Below, piece by piece: positions 11,379 to 25,384 of a stretch of DNA of 64,000 bases; positions within the stretch are counted from its first letter, which is position 1; every line of letters starts with the position of its first letter. The notes below the pieces were generated by a model, which was not told the DNA's origin, searched no databases, and was given only the letters and a program-made list of their open reading frames with translations. The position numbers were made by a program, and so were the translations under genes. The stretch comes from Callorhinchus milii (Eukaryota): the NCBI RefSeq assembly GCF_018977255.1, contig NW_024704742.1, positions 119,662,001 to 119,726,000 on the forward strand, read 5' to 3'.

Positions 11379-14300
11379 AATATTTGCAATTGATGTATCG
11401 CCTTATCACATCATCGAGATGTCTCAAAGCGTTTCACAGGATATAATGTAAAGTGGATTGATTGTGTATTTTGTGGGCGAAATGTGATTGGGAATTTATG
11501 TGAAAAGAAAATCAGACTTTTAAGGAGTCTTAGCTGAAAATCAGCCAAAATAAAAACTGAATGCAAGAATGAAGGAACGTAACAGGATCGAGGTGCTGAT
11601 TCCCAAAGTAACAAAACTAACTTAATTTACGGTTATTAGGTGCAATTAGCAAAGCATTTCCTGGCTGCAAAAATGGCAACTGTGCTGTCATACAGCCCAA
11701 GAGACTATAACTAGCTCTACACTGCCAGATTGTACTTGGTTTACAGATGATGTTTCAGCACTCCAGATGATGTTTCAGCAATCCAGTAGCTTCTAGTCCA
11801 TCTGGTAGAGGAGCGAATAATATTACTCTTGGAAAGCTGGTCTGGATTTAGACCAGTTGCTTTTACTCAAAAGAAAATGTTTCCTATCCACTGGTTAAAA
11901 TCCCTTTTTCTTTCACAATCTTCTCCCTCTTCTGGAGATGTTGACAATTTATCTTGCTCTCCAGTGCCTTGTCCCAGTGGTCATTCAGCATGTGTACAGC
12001 TAGATACTGTGGTGAGTAACAGCAGGCTGCTCAGTTGTGCAGGAATCACAGCCAAGAATCATTTTCCAGAAGTGGCCGTGGTTACAGTACAGACCTACGC
12101 ATTCTGAGGTTTAAGTAAACATAGCCCAGAGGTGTTGAGGCCAACTGTAGCATCTGCTAGTGTCACCTCAGTCTGAGATACAACTAACCACAGACTGGGG
12201 ATCAAAACATTATTCAGTTTCACATTGCAGTCAGTTCAGAAATTAACAAGTGGGGGAAATCTGAATCAGAGCAAAAAACTTAATATTTCAACAAAGGTTT
12301 CTTTCAAATTCATCCCTGAAATTGTTGCCTCCTATGTTCTCAAAAGAAAATGAATTGCAATTGAAATGACACAAATCTTTGGTTCAGCATGGCCTTGTAG
12401 GTTACAGGCACTAAATTAGTCCCAAGGCCACAGGACTAGCAGTTGAATTAAGGATTTATGTTTGAATATTATTCAATGATCTAAAAGGTGAAATGTGCAT
12501 ATATGGCCAGGATCCATCCTGTGCCTATAGCCCAGTAAGATTGAATGATCTGCTCACATTCCCTCTCAATGTCTCAGCTCACACATACAGAATTGGCTCC
12601 TTAAGCAAGATACCATAGGGCAGGGGTACTTCAGAACCATACCTCAACATTACAGTATCTTCAGAAGACATGAAACAAAAAAAGGGGGAAATACTTTTAA
12701 ACGAATTGCACTCCATAAGCAGATTATGATTAGCTGAAAAAAATGTTAACCATAGAGGCAGGAAGTATCTAACTTCTCTAAACAAAAACAGAAGTTATAT
12801 ATTCAAAATAAAGCGCCAGGGATAAAGTACTGTTGCATTTAAAGAGTTTCCAGGTAGACAGAGTTCCTGCAATAATCAGGAACAGCATGCTCCAAAAACT
12901 CAGCTCAAGACTGGCAAAATTTCACAAGTCCACACTGGAGTAGATGATGTACATCAGAGTTTTGGCACTCAGTCTTATATTTGGAAAAAAAACATGGGCT
13001 AGATGATTTAGTTTGTGCAGCAGGATTGCGTAGCTGAATACTTCATTTCACATTCTTTGGGCCTAAACTTTGTAAAGGAACACGTTAGCTTTAAGTCAAC
13101 AATTAGCTTTAAAAAGCTGGTCTCAAATGTATCCTTTAATAAATTTCAGAATCGAAACATTAATTTAGCATCTTACGTGTACTATGACAAAAAGAACCCT
13201 TAAAAATGCAATGTTAAGTGTTTCAGGCTTGTGTTCTGAAGATCCAACAGGAATGCGTAAATTAAACACAAGGACATACAGTACATGAAAGTATTTAAAA
13301 AACAGTGTTCATCTAAAATAACATGTCTCACTAACTAACTAATAAACAACTTTTAAAAAAAATAGGCCATTTTTATCAAAATATTGATTAACATTATGCA
13401 TTAATTCAAATATGTAAATGGTAAGTAATTCAATATTAACAGTAAAATGTAAGAATCCACAAGTGATCTCTCTTCAAATAAGACTTCTAGGGCCAACACT
13501 TTTCTGCTAAGAGTAACTTTGTGCTGCAAAACAGACTAAGGCTAAACAAAAGCAGGGATATATGATCTTAAAGGAAAGTTAAAACATAAATACCGTCAAT
13601 GATTTGAGAACACAATGGTTTATATGGTCTCAGAGCAAGGGGTCTCTGTGGAAATCAGGAATGAATAGGGGCATTGGATGAATATTCAGAGTTTTTTTGC
13701 TCGACAATCTTTGGGGAGCAGAGAGCAACTGCGCAGAAATTTTCCTGCATGGGGGAGAGGGGGGAGGGGAAGAGTGCCTGTGGCCAAGTGTGCAGTAGGT
13801 AGTTCTGCATGACCTGTGCACAAAGCAAGCTTGATGTGCTAAATGATAATGTCTCAGTGCACGTTCTTAAATATCACAGCAAAGACTTCCTATAAGTTAG
13901 GTGTTGATTGCAGGGGCTGGGTTGGCCGGTGATCACCTCCCAAGCTACTGGAAGGAACCATATGAGCAAGACCTGGAGAAAACACACTTCCTTCCCACTA
14001 CATAGACATAGCTAATCACCTTTAAACACTTGTCCACATCATTCCAACCAAGACTGGCAAAAGAATTCATTCCTCACCACTCAGTGCATTTCCTAATGAA
14101 AGTACAGTATTTACTTGGATTGAAAGTGCAAAACAAATGTCACTGGGCTAATAACTAAGGAAACGCCTGAAAAATCCAACAAAATACCTGAAAGCAAAAT
14201 ACTGCCACAAAACTGCCTCTGAGATTGTAATCCCCCACCCACACCCTGAAATTTTCTGCAAATTTAGAGGTGAACCTCAAAATTTCAGTCACAAACTGGA

Positions 14301-14834
14301 AGACATTTGTTTGCAGATTCCAAAGTCATTTTCAAGTGTGGACAGATTTTCAATTCCAAATTTATAAACTACAGTTCAGTCTACAACTGAAAGAGAAAAA
14401 TAAACAGAACATTTCACTTATGATCTTTCATCAGAACCAAGACAGTATCTGCAAAGCAACGGTGCAGAGCTGGAGGAGATCTTATGAAGAAAGGCAGAGA
14501 ATAAATCAAAACAGGCATGAGAAAGGAGTTGGAGATGGGGGGGGGGGAATCAAGAGGGAAGAGCTGATGAGCTGTAACAGATGGTGAAATGAGAAGTTTA
14601 GGAAAACATAAAACCCAGATGAGAAACTTGGCGTGAAATTCCAGCTTAAATCAAAAAAGGGAATGGGGGTGAAATACACAAGAGAAGCAGAAAAATGGAA
14701 GAGACAGCGAAGGTTTGAAGATGCCAAAATCAACGTTCAGGACTATGGGCTGAGATGTCCTAAAAAAGAGACAAATACTGTTTCTTGTGGTTTCTAATGA
14801 GCTCAATAGTCTCAATTTCTTTTTTGGTCAGCTG

Positions 14835-15125
14835 GGTGTCTGACACATGCTGAAGCCCATCACCATTCCTAAGAGTATCCAAACCAAGCTGAGAATTCCA
14901 TGCATCCCATCTACACTTGGAAATCCCAGAGATAGATTTTTGGAATGAAATGCGCACTCTCTTCCTGGAGGGATGCATCCTGCTTACCCAATTCCGAAAA
15001 GTATTAGGAGCAGGTTGGCAAGAGTTAAAGCTCGGGGACCACAGAGTGTGCATTGGGGTATTGCTGGAGTCTAACCAGCTAAAACCGCAAAGCTTGCCAT
15101 TGATAGCACTGTCTGGCAAGCTTTC
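14835..15125 (+). repeat. Unclassified dispersed repeat (related copies at ~7090-7530 +, 15460-15580 -, 16615-16755 +, 31495-31930 +, 39540-39715 -, 43790-44030 -)
   Basis: Shared blocks such as TGCATCCCATCTACACTTGGAAAT, TGGAATG..TGC.CACTCT, CAGGTTGGCAAGAG, TTGGGGTA.TGCTGGAG and CACTGTCTGGCAAGCTT. Confidence 0.75.
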
Positions 15126-16299
15126 CCAAGATAGGAGTAGTGTGGAAAGAGTTTAAAAACAAGTATTAAAATTCTCACAATTGCTCTTCAGTGACCCTAA
15201 TAATAGTGGCAATAATAGACTTAGGCATTACAGATCAAACTCTGAATTAAAAAGCAGATACAACATAGTGATCTTTACAATCTATCATACAATGGTTTTA
15301 CCTGTCTCCAGCATTATGTGTAGTTCATTAGGTTTACAATACTTTCAAAGTGATTTATTACAGCACGTCAGCGTGTGAATTGGAATTACACCTTTGTAAA
15401 ATACTTGTTTTTAAAATACTAAAATGTTTATCTTATCTGTGCCTAATGTTTATGGAATTATGTAAGCAGAGTACATCCCTCCAAGGAGAGTGTGCATGTT
15501 CCATTCCAGACACAGGGAGATTTCTAAATGCAAGTGGCATACATACTATTCTCAGTCTAATTTGGATAATCTTAAGGATGGGGAACCCATCTGTTCCTTG
15601 TTAACGCTGGTGGTGTCTATTGTTCCTTGCCATATAACAATCTACTTCTAAGTTTGTTCTATGTTCCTTCCCTCTCAGAGATTATTTTTCAGGTCCTCTA
15701 CTTATGGACTTGCTGTCAAACTTTTTCCCTCCTTCAGATTCTTCCTTTTGACCAAAGATTCTCACTTGGAGAATTTTGTTCTGTATACGTTGAGTATTAC
15801 TATCTTTCTTTTTTTAAAAAAAACATGCCATTTTGTACTGGAAAAAGGACTTGAAAAACACATGCATGCCACTAGCAATGCTTTTAATAGGGAGTGAAGA
15901 AGGGGCAACAAGTTAAGTGTGCACAGCTTTCCTCAATGTATGTCTAAAATAGATGTTACCGTATTGAAAAAAGCAACTCCTTCAGTTAATCGTTAACTAT
16001 AATAGGATTTGACTAATGTGTACTGAATTAATTATATTGGACATGGAGCTGCCAGTCATTAAGTCAGATTTCCAACAGCAAAGTTCCAACAGTATAAAGC
16101 TAAACTATTGCCTTCTTTATGACAACTATAATTACGTGCAAAAGCAAGCTTTCCTGCAGAATGTCAATAACAGTATGCTACATCGAAAATTAAACTTGAA
16201 TTATCTATTTTGGTTAATTGCACCATAATACTTTTCATCAGATGCACATCCAAAAAATAGCAGGATATTAATTGTACAAACATATTTATATTTGCCCCA

Positions 16300-16615
16300 C
16301 ATTGGGACTCTGAGCTCACTGCCTAGGTTGATGCTAAGTACAATGCAGGGAGAGTGCTGCATTGTCAGAAGTGCAATATTTCAGATGAGAAAAATCAATG
16401 TCCTTCTGTCTGCTCAGGTGGATGTTAAAGATCCCATGACACGATTCAAAAAGAGAAGGGAGTTTGATCCAGTGTCCTGGCTAAGAATTCTCCAGATACA
16501 ATTGGTCATTTACTGCTTGGGAAATCCTCCCAACAGGAAAGGCACTATATAAAATACAATTTGTTGTTGTTCGTGGCAGTTTGTGGGACATTGCTGTGTA
16601 AAAATTGGTTAGCCA
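16300..16615 (+). mobile_element. SINE family B, diverged, with nested L2 tail (~16517-16571)
   Basis: Body motif GGAGAGTGCTGCATTGTCAGAAGTGC...GATCCCATGACAC. Confidence 0.75.
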
Positions 16616-17227
16616 GGTGTCTGACACATGCAGAAACCTATCACGATGCTTACGAGTATCCAAAAAATTGATAATTGCATGCATCCCACTTACACATGGA
16701 AATTCCAGAGATAGATTGTTGGAATGTTTACCTAATTCTCGAATGTATTAGGCGTAGCATACATAAACAATGTTACTGTACAGTTCTCTTGTATACCAAT
16801 CAGTATCCAAAAGAGTACAGAGCCTCCCTTCCCCCCTTCCTCAAAAAAAACTAGTTTTCTCTTTCAGATGCTGCTAAACTGTTGTGGATGTGCAGTATTT
16901 TTATTTTTTCAATCAGATTTCCAGCACCTTTATATTTTCTTTTTTGTATCTCTACAATTATTCTTGCCTGCCCCAATATTCCAGTAATTACTAATTAGCC
17001 CATGTAATGTGGTAGGTAAAATAAATCTCCAACTGCTTGTGATCTGGGGACTATATTTTTCAGTGTTAGATGCATGGATATTTAATCACAAATTATGTTA
17101 ACACATTAATGATCACAGCCACAAGTGACCAGAACTTGTACATTAGTCCTTTAGGTTTCAAAGGTTTTTATTTACAACCCATTGTCCCTGCTCAGTGCTG
17201 GGAAGAACAGAAAACCGATGCCATTGA

Positions 17228-17635
17228 CAAAGAACACAGAAACAGGGGGAGGCCGTTCAGCCCTTCGAGTCTGTTCTGCCACTTAATTAGATCATGGCTG
17301 ATCTGTACCTCAACTAATCTTTTCAATTCCAATTTCCCGCTTTCTCTCCATATCCCTTAATACCCTGACCTACCAAAAATCTATCAATCTCACTCTTGAA
17401 GGTGTGGATGGATCCAGCATCCACGGTCTTTTGGGGGAGAGAATTACAGATTTCTACCAGAGTGAAAAAATGGTTCCTGATTTCACTCCTGGTTCTAATT
17501 TTAAGACTATGCCCCCTTGTTTTGGATTACCCCACCAGAGGAAATAGCTTCTCTATATCTACCCTATCAAATCCCTTTATCATCTTAAATACCTCAATCA
17601 AATCACCCTCAACATTCAAAATTCGAGGGAATACA
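17228..17635 (-). mobile_element. CR1-clade LINE 3' end (ORF2 C-terminus and 3'UTR)
   Basis: Typical chondrichthyan CR1 3' end on + (GGAGGCCGTTCAGCCCTTCGAG...TTAGATCATGGCTGATCTG...CTATCAATCTC); family recalled, not searched. Confidence 0.8.
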
Positions 17636-18161
17636 AAGACTATTTCAGTTCCTCATTCAGGACTTTATAAAGAAGGGAAAAGAGCACTGGGAACATCAGC
17701 AAATCTGAACTGACTAATAGGTTTTTCCATATATTTCTTTTGAAAGTTGATAGCTGAGCAAGCGAGTGTCCACCTAAATATCAAATGACCAGTTATTTTC
17801 TTTTGTACGTTTCAGGCCCTTTAGTTTTCTTTAAAAAAAACATTACTTTGCCAGGGTGAAGCTGCCTGGATGATCTGCCAAAATCTCACACTCTTATGCC
17901 ACAGAAGGAACATTTAGTGATTGGCTCACAGACTTCAGGCCTAGCGCATTTGATCATTAAAGGTCATTTCTTGTCCAGGAATGTGTGGCTTTCAACCCTC
18001 CTTGGAAACTGATATTCAGCAAATAAAAAAATAATCGAAAGCCTAATGTAGGGGCTAAAATTTACTAAATAAAATCGCCCTAGTCTCGAGGTCACAACAT
18101 AGCATTGCTAGGAGCCTGAGAGGAGCAAACTACATCACTAACCTGGGGAGAATTGCCATCT

Positions 18162-18533
18162 ATAATAATCCTTGTATTTGATATAGTGCCTTATCATGTC
18201 GTTGAGATGTCTCAAACCGCTTCACAGAGTATACAATAAAGTGAATTGACTGTATATTTTGTGGGCGAAAAACACAGCAGCCAATTGTACACAGCAGTGT
18301 CCCACAAACAGTTGTGGATTGAGTGACCAAATTATTTTTTTTTGTAAAAAGGGATTATTACCTCCGGACAAGCGACCCGCCAATCGATAAACAACTGGGT
18401 TCCTACTTATTACTAGGTAAACAGAGGAGTGTGGAGGAAGGAAACATGCCAAAGGTTTCACCCCGCCCGGGAATCGAACCCGGTCCTCTCACTTGCGAGC
18501 CAAGTGCTTTAATCAATGTGCTACAGGACTCCA
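18162..18533 (-). mobile_element. SINE family A, long form with extra internal segment
   Basis: Same head and tail plus an internal block (...CAACTGGGTTCCTACTTATTACTAGGTAAACAGAGG on +). Confidence 0.9.
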
Positions 18534-21500
18534 ACCGATGTTCCTGAAATATGTTATGAAAACTAAGGAAAACCACAATATTTCAACACATCATTGCAAA
18601 ATAACGTAACAAATGAAGAGAAAGAATCAGAACAACAGGCCAAGTTTAAATTTAGCAGTTCAGCAGTGCTTGCATCTCAATTTTTATGCATCAAGAGACT
18701 GAACATTAGGCAGATTCAAGGATAATCTTGGGACTGAGCATTCAGAGATAACATTGTACTATTATTTCTTGGTAATAAAAACAAATGCATTGGTAAAAGC
18801 CTCAGTTCTCTTTGGAACAAAATGGGAGCAATTATTTGTCTAACATTTCATGGGGTAAGAAAGCAAACTATTTATTGATGTACAATGCAGACATTTCTCT
18901 CACTGCAATCACTGAGCAAAAGCAATATTTAATTTTTAAACCAAGTTTCTAAATATCAAAGAACAGTTTCTCGGTCTGCTAAGCAAATGCACAGCTCCGG
19001 ATTGAAATTCAATAACCTGTCAAAAACATTTAATTTCTTCATAAACAGCATGCATCTCAGATAAGATGCTAACCTTCTGGCTGTGCTAAACAATGTTCTT
19101 CCACTCACTCACAGCTACCCTTTCATGAATTCAATCACTCGAGGAAATAGCAGGGATTTGGTTTTGCAATTTCCATACACAAATGAAGAAATATACGTTA
19201 TTAACACCCGCAGAACATTTACAAGATCATGTTGCAAAGAACTTCTGCAGATACAATTTGTGTCAATTTTGAACGGCTAAAAAGTCCATCTGGTTTTGCA
19301 TATTTTCTCTTTATAACAATATCACCAATACCTTTCAAAATATCTATTTTTTCTAAGTTTATAAAGTTTGCAAAATATTAATCTGTGATCATTTCATGCA
19401 AATACAGTTGAAAGATCAGAATATATACTGTGTCAAATAAGAACAATTCTCTCATCATATGAAAATCAGGGGTTGCCCAAGTCCCTCTCCCACTCTGTTT
19501 CTTTCATTTAATTCCTCAGATAGTTTCTTCATGTTTCTCTCAAGTCCAACAGCTAACCATCCTCACCTTCAATGGCTCCACTCAGTCCTTCATCTATTGA
19601 CATTCATTATCTCATTACCTCATTATCTCCTCTGATCTCAAATGAAATTCTTATATTTCCCATTGCCCCAAGCAACTTCTAAGAAGTTTGGTTCCTTATT
19701 TCATGCCAAACATTGCTTTTCTTCCACTCAACAACTCTTTCTTAAAGTCAAAGTTCATTCAAGACTGGAATGCTGCTTCCATTCCCAGGCTGGTTCTTTC
19801 CGTATCTTTCTTTGTAGATATTCTCTCACTGTCAGCTTCTATCTTTGCTCTCTCCATGTCTCATTTTTTTTTAAAATTGACACTACTATTGCCTTTACGT
19901 CACCAAATGTTCCACTGTTTTCCTCTGCAATTTCATCATCCTACACACTCATCCTCTTCCTCGCATTGGCTGCCGCATTCACCCACGGTTACTCCACTTT
20001 ACAGTATATCCTGTGAAGCGCTTTGGACAACCTCCTGACATGAAAAGCACTATACAAATGAAATATTTATTATTATTATACTGTGATAAATAATCTTACT
20101 TCCTTCTATTCAAATTAGCCATTTACCAGTACCTCTAGACTGATACACCTCCTCTCCCTCGGTCTCTCTACCTCCTATAATCGACAGGCTTTTAAAAGCT
20201 AAGCTTGTTCTATTACCTAACTACTACTTCTTGACTTATCTGTTTTTCTCTGTTATTTTTTTCTATCTTGATGGTGAACTGTACTGTGGGGCTTTCATTC
20301 AGTTCCAACTTCTCAAACAAAAATAGGCTAAGATAATAAATGATCAGCAGTAGCATCAGAACAGACAGGTGAGGGAGAAGGGAATAACACTGGGAGTCTG
20401 GAGCATTCAGCTTATGACTTCTAAAAAATATCAAAACAATTTGTTTGACATTTAATAATAATAATCCTTGCATTTGATATAGCATCTTATCACGTCTTTG
20501 AGACTTCTCAAAGCACTTCACAGAATATACTGTGAAGTGAATTGACTGTATGTTTTGTGGACTCCTTATATACAAGAGTCCATTATTTCATATTCTCTGA
20601 TCAGTTTTCCTGTGTTATGTACGTTTAATTTTTGTTATTTTGTTCATTTTGAATGATCTGGTCTAATTGCTCTCCCATTTTGAAAGACCAATGCATCTGT
20701 ACTTTTATGTCTCTATGTTCATCCTATGTCTCTCCCACATCTAGGTCTCTCCATTCTTGCACTCTAAGAATATTACTACTTAGGCTATATTTTCTTTCTT
20801 TGTTCCTTATTCAATATTCTTCCTTCCAAAAACCAAAGTTGCTTTTCTCTAGATTGAGTTCTATTTGCTACCTATCTACTTGAAAAGAAACCTATCAGCA
20901 AGGTCCCACAAACAGCCATTCGTCTCATGGCTGTTTATGGGACCTTGCTGTACAAAAATTGGTTGGTTGTTAACTTAAAACTTTCAATCACTAAACTGCA
21001 CTATAAATTAACTACAAAATTGACACTAAGGCACAATATGAAATTGAATTATTATTGTTAACTATTACAATAGTAGGAATTAAAAACTCAATCAGAGCAG
21101 AATCATCATGTATGATTCCAAGTCCTTGCCATTACACTGGCTACAGTGCCTCCACTTCCTCACCTCACATGATGGTCAGTGACAAAACGGCTCCCGTTTT
21201 GATTTAAAGATGCTGACTGCAGCTGAAATTCTATGCCCAGACAGCGATCAGAATTGTAAATCCTAAAACACATCTAGAATTCCGAAAGGGCCACATTTAG
21301 GACTACTGCTTTGAGAAGATGCCGAATTCTGAATCTAGCATGACATTACAACAAAATAATATGATTTGTGTATTTAAATATTCAAGCGTATACAAGAGAA
21401 ATATCTTGTAGGAACAGGATAAAAGGTAATAAGGTTAAGTGTTAGTCAAATTCCTAAATTCAGTAGTCTCTATTTGAATTATAATTACTGTATACAGATT

Positions 21501-23013
21501 CCATTTGAATGTGCCTTTGAACTCAAAATAAGATTTCTATAACCATTTCAAAACAATATAGTGCTGGTTTACTCATACACTTGTCATCTCTTCATGTCCA
21601 TATTACAAGTCACGTATATATCAACAAAAAGCTTGTGTATAATGTTTTGGTGTTCAGAAATCACACAAAGATCATAAGCCGTAAGCTGTGTAGATTTTCT
21701 AAATGTACCTGTGTCAATTATACTTCTTTCATAAAATCCCAGATCTGAGACAGGTAAAAGCAATTATACCAAACACGAACTGCATTGGATTAAGTGGTTT
21801 CTCAGTAACCAAAGCACTATTACCATGGCAACTACTTAGAATGCTAGGAAACCAAACTCAATCCTAGATATTGGGCTCAAGAGGTTCCATCCTTAGATTT
21901 CTCAAAAAGGACCAAATAGGTTATTTTCACATTAATAATTAAAAAGACGAAAGTTCTTACTCCTACTTGGTCCATATTAAATTCAAGACGCCAGTGTTTA
22001 TCCTAGCACCTATTTCTATGAATGTTACTGCAGTAACTGCGTCAAGGTGGAAGAATAAGAACAGTAGAGGGCATTGTTCTGAACAGCTTACGCACAGTCT
22101 TGTTTCCTTTTTAAGTAAAATTAGTGGAAAAATTCCTCTTTGGTTGATTTTTTTTATTCTAATGAGGCCCTGGAAATCATAATGACATTTAACAACGTTT
22201 TTCACGTAGACAGAGGTGACTGTATCCAGGAAATGTTACAACTAAGCGTATATGCTATGTAATCAAGAGTGACAATGTGGTTCATAACTCCAAGTGCCTG
22301 GCCAAAGTACTTTACATGAGTCGAACCATACAAGGCTTGGGAAAAAAATCAGAACAAGATACAAGCAAAGCACACCAATCGACGTTTCTACTTCCCAAAC
22401 ATAGTTTTGCAACCATACCAAGCAAGCCACAAAGTAAGGTTGCTAGAGACTTCTGGTAATGCTACTCAAATGTACATCAAATGTAAAAGAAAAGGAAAGC
22501 AAAAATCACTGTTCATAGCTAAGTCTCAAGATATCTTGTGTTAACCAGGACCCAGGAAAATAAAAACATTCGTGGCCAAGGAGAAATTCTCTTCCCATGA
22601 AGATCCCCATAAGCAGCAGTGTCAATAAAAGATATGTCAGAAGGATAAACACTGATGTCATGTAGCAAGCAGGAAGTATTTATATAGAATGAAATCTAAA
22701 CAAAATCTTAATCAAGAATTCCTGGCTCCATAGCACCGCAGAGCAAAGAGCAATCCTGTGTGTAAGCCAAAAGACACTTTTACATCTTTAGGATCGTTTA
22801 AAGACCAAAAATTATCGATCAAAATGATCAAATTACCAACACAATTTATTACAAAAATTTAATTTTTAATGTAAAAGAGGAAGCATGGTTAGGAAACTGC
22901 AAACTTACGCTGATTCTCCCGCTTGTAATGATTAGTGTACAAGCCCATCTCTAAGATATCTACAGTTTCAACTCTTATGATACATCTGCTGGCACACATT
23001 TTCATTAACTATG

Positions 23014-23214
23014 TAAACACAGAAGCCGCTTGGAACACGCAGCAGGTCAGGCTGCATCTACGGAGAGAGGAAAATTAGTTCACTTTTCAGGTCTATGACC
23101 TTTCGTCAGAACTGATGGAGTTCAGTTCTGACGAAAGGTCATAGACCTGAAACAATAACTCTCTCCATAGATGCTGCCTGACCTGCTGTGTGTTCCCAGC
23201 AACTTCTGTGTTTA
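23014..23214. repeat. ~200-bp palindrome made of two inverted Penelope-type terminal repeats
   Basis: Perfect 31-bp arms (23085-23115 and 23122-23152) around a 6-nt loop, with imperfect outer arms out to TAAACACAGAAG / CTTCTGTGTTTA. Confidence 0.9.
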
Positions 23215-23555
23215 TACTAGTTTTCTATTCATAAGTTCTATTTCCATGGTACCAATTACAGGGGCAAACAATGATAAAATATAGAATATGGGAAGTTGGG
23301 GATAGGGGATTAGAATATTTTCTTTCTAACACAGGCCTTGCACAGATTACACTAAGAATCTGAACTGAATTCAGCATTGCACGAATAACTCACAAGAGAA
23401 TATTCCAACAACATAAAGCTTGTGGAAGTTAGATTCCGAGGCACTATTCAAAAAGAGAAGGTCGATTACACTTCCCGCATCCACTCACCCGACCATCCAC
23501 CATTCAAGATAATCTGGTAAAAAAGAGATTAATCTAACATTGCAATTTGCATTCT

Positions 23556-23977
23556 AATAAGAATTCTTGCATTTGATATAGTGCGTCATTACATCATCAG
23601 AATGTCTATAGCACTTAAACAAGATTTTAGTGTAAAGTGTAGTAACTGTATATTCATAGATGAACACAGCAGCCAATTTTGGCACAGCAATGTCCCATAA
23701 GCAGCTGTGACGTGAACAAGCAATTTTATCTGGGGATTGTTGGCCAGGACACTGGGAGAAATTTCCTTTTCTTTTTGAAGGAATCTTTAACTTCCACAAG
23801 ACAGGACCTCAGCTTAACACTTCATCTGAATGGAAGCATCTCTAACAAAGCAGCATTCCAGCAGCATTGCACCAAAATGTCAGCCTAGTCTATGAGACAC
23901 AAAGTCCCAACGTGGGACTTGAATCCACAGCCTCTGACTCAGAGGCAAGAAGGCTATCATCTGAGCCAAACTGATAC
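23556..23977 (-). mobile_element. SINE family B, near full-length
   Basis: Reverse complement of head, body and tail is recognisable. Confidence 0.83.
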
Positions 23978-25384
23978 CATGTTTATAGCTTATTCAATTG
24001 AATTCTACAGCTAAAATCCCCATCCTTACTGTGATCCCTACTTTATTTAACAGTCTGTCTTTACTTAGTCTTAAAAAAATTCTGTTCTTAAGCTTTGTAT
24101 CCACATTAATAAGGAAGTAATCAACATAGTAGTCACTGTATTTTTAATGAAATACTATATTTAATATCCAAGAGAGAAAAACATGCTCTCATCTCACTTG
24201 TTTAACATTGTACTTGTATTTCTAGTTGGATGATCACAATTTTAAATTAAATGACCCCATTCATCAATATTATGCACACCTTTCAGCTTCAAGCCCAAAT
24301 AAAAAGGCACGAGTTTCAAGGAATATGCTGGGAACGATTAGTTTGGGACTTCATGTTCCAAGCAGTTTTCACGAAGTCTGAGATCAAGGATTATTATTCT
24401 AATCAATCTGTCAGAATCAAATACAATCTGGCAGAGAAAAATAAACCTTATCAGGTATAGACATAACTTTCTACAACATCATAGGAAAACCGAAAATAGA
24501 CTACATAACTGAGGGGTTACGCCAAAGAAGTGAAGTCTGTCTGAATACTACATTTCCAGCAGGAGGAGGAAAGGAATCTCTAAGAAGGCAGAGAGGTCAG
24601 AGAATCTCCTCAGTCCAGCTTGGTTTAATTGAAATCAGCCTAGCTCTGCACCATGAAACTGTTACTAAGGAGTTTGTTATGACATTCACGCTACAAGTAA
24701 AAGAGTAGAAACTTTCTCAGGTTCTGCAGTCTGGAACAAAATCTAATAGTAAGAGTTATGCAACGTCCCAAAGTAAACCACTTATTTGTTGGCACCCCAA
24801 CTTCTGAAAGAGGAAGATCAATGCTCTCTGAAGGGTCTAAAATAAGGGTAGGACAGTTGCCATTCAGAAATCTCAATACATGGCAGAATATGGTTAGTAA
24901 GTAACATTGGTTCTCCAGACTGCTATGTATTCATCTAAACAAACTACAGGCATTGTTATTCTGTTACAGAAGTGGATAAAGTTTTAAATGGAATTAATAA
25001 AGTAAACCCAGAATAATACTTTAAGATAGCAGAACAAGAGGACATAGTTTGCAAAATTTCAGGATAGACACAAGGAAGATACACCTTTATGTTCCTACAC
25101 AAACATGAAAACACAACAGAAAAGCCATGTAAATCAATTTAACATTCATTTTGCTGTGCCACTGCCAAACAGAAGAAACAGATGTTCGTAGTATAATGCA
25201 TTGAGAAGAATGCTACACACATTTTCCCTTCTCCCCCTATTTAAAAAAATATTTTTTTTGCATTAAGTAAGTTCAACAAACATACTGCAGCATATTAAAC
25301 GCATTTAAACACAACAAAATATTGAGATACACAAAACAAGAGATATACTGTTCTGCCAACAGAGACAATATACATATACACTAC

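Noticed and set aside
11744..11786. 20-bp tandem duplication (CAGATGATGTTTCAGCA.TC x2)
   Set aside because: An ordinary local slippage duplication with no further structure.
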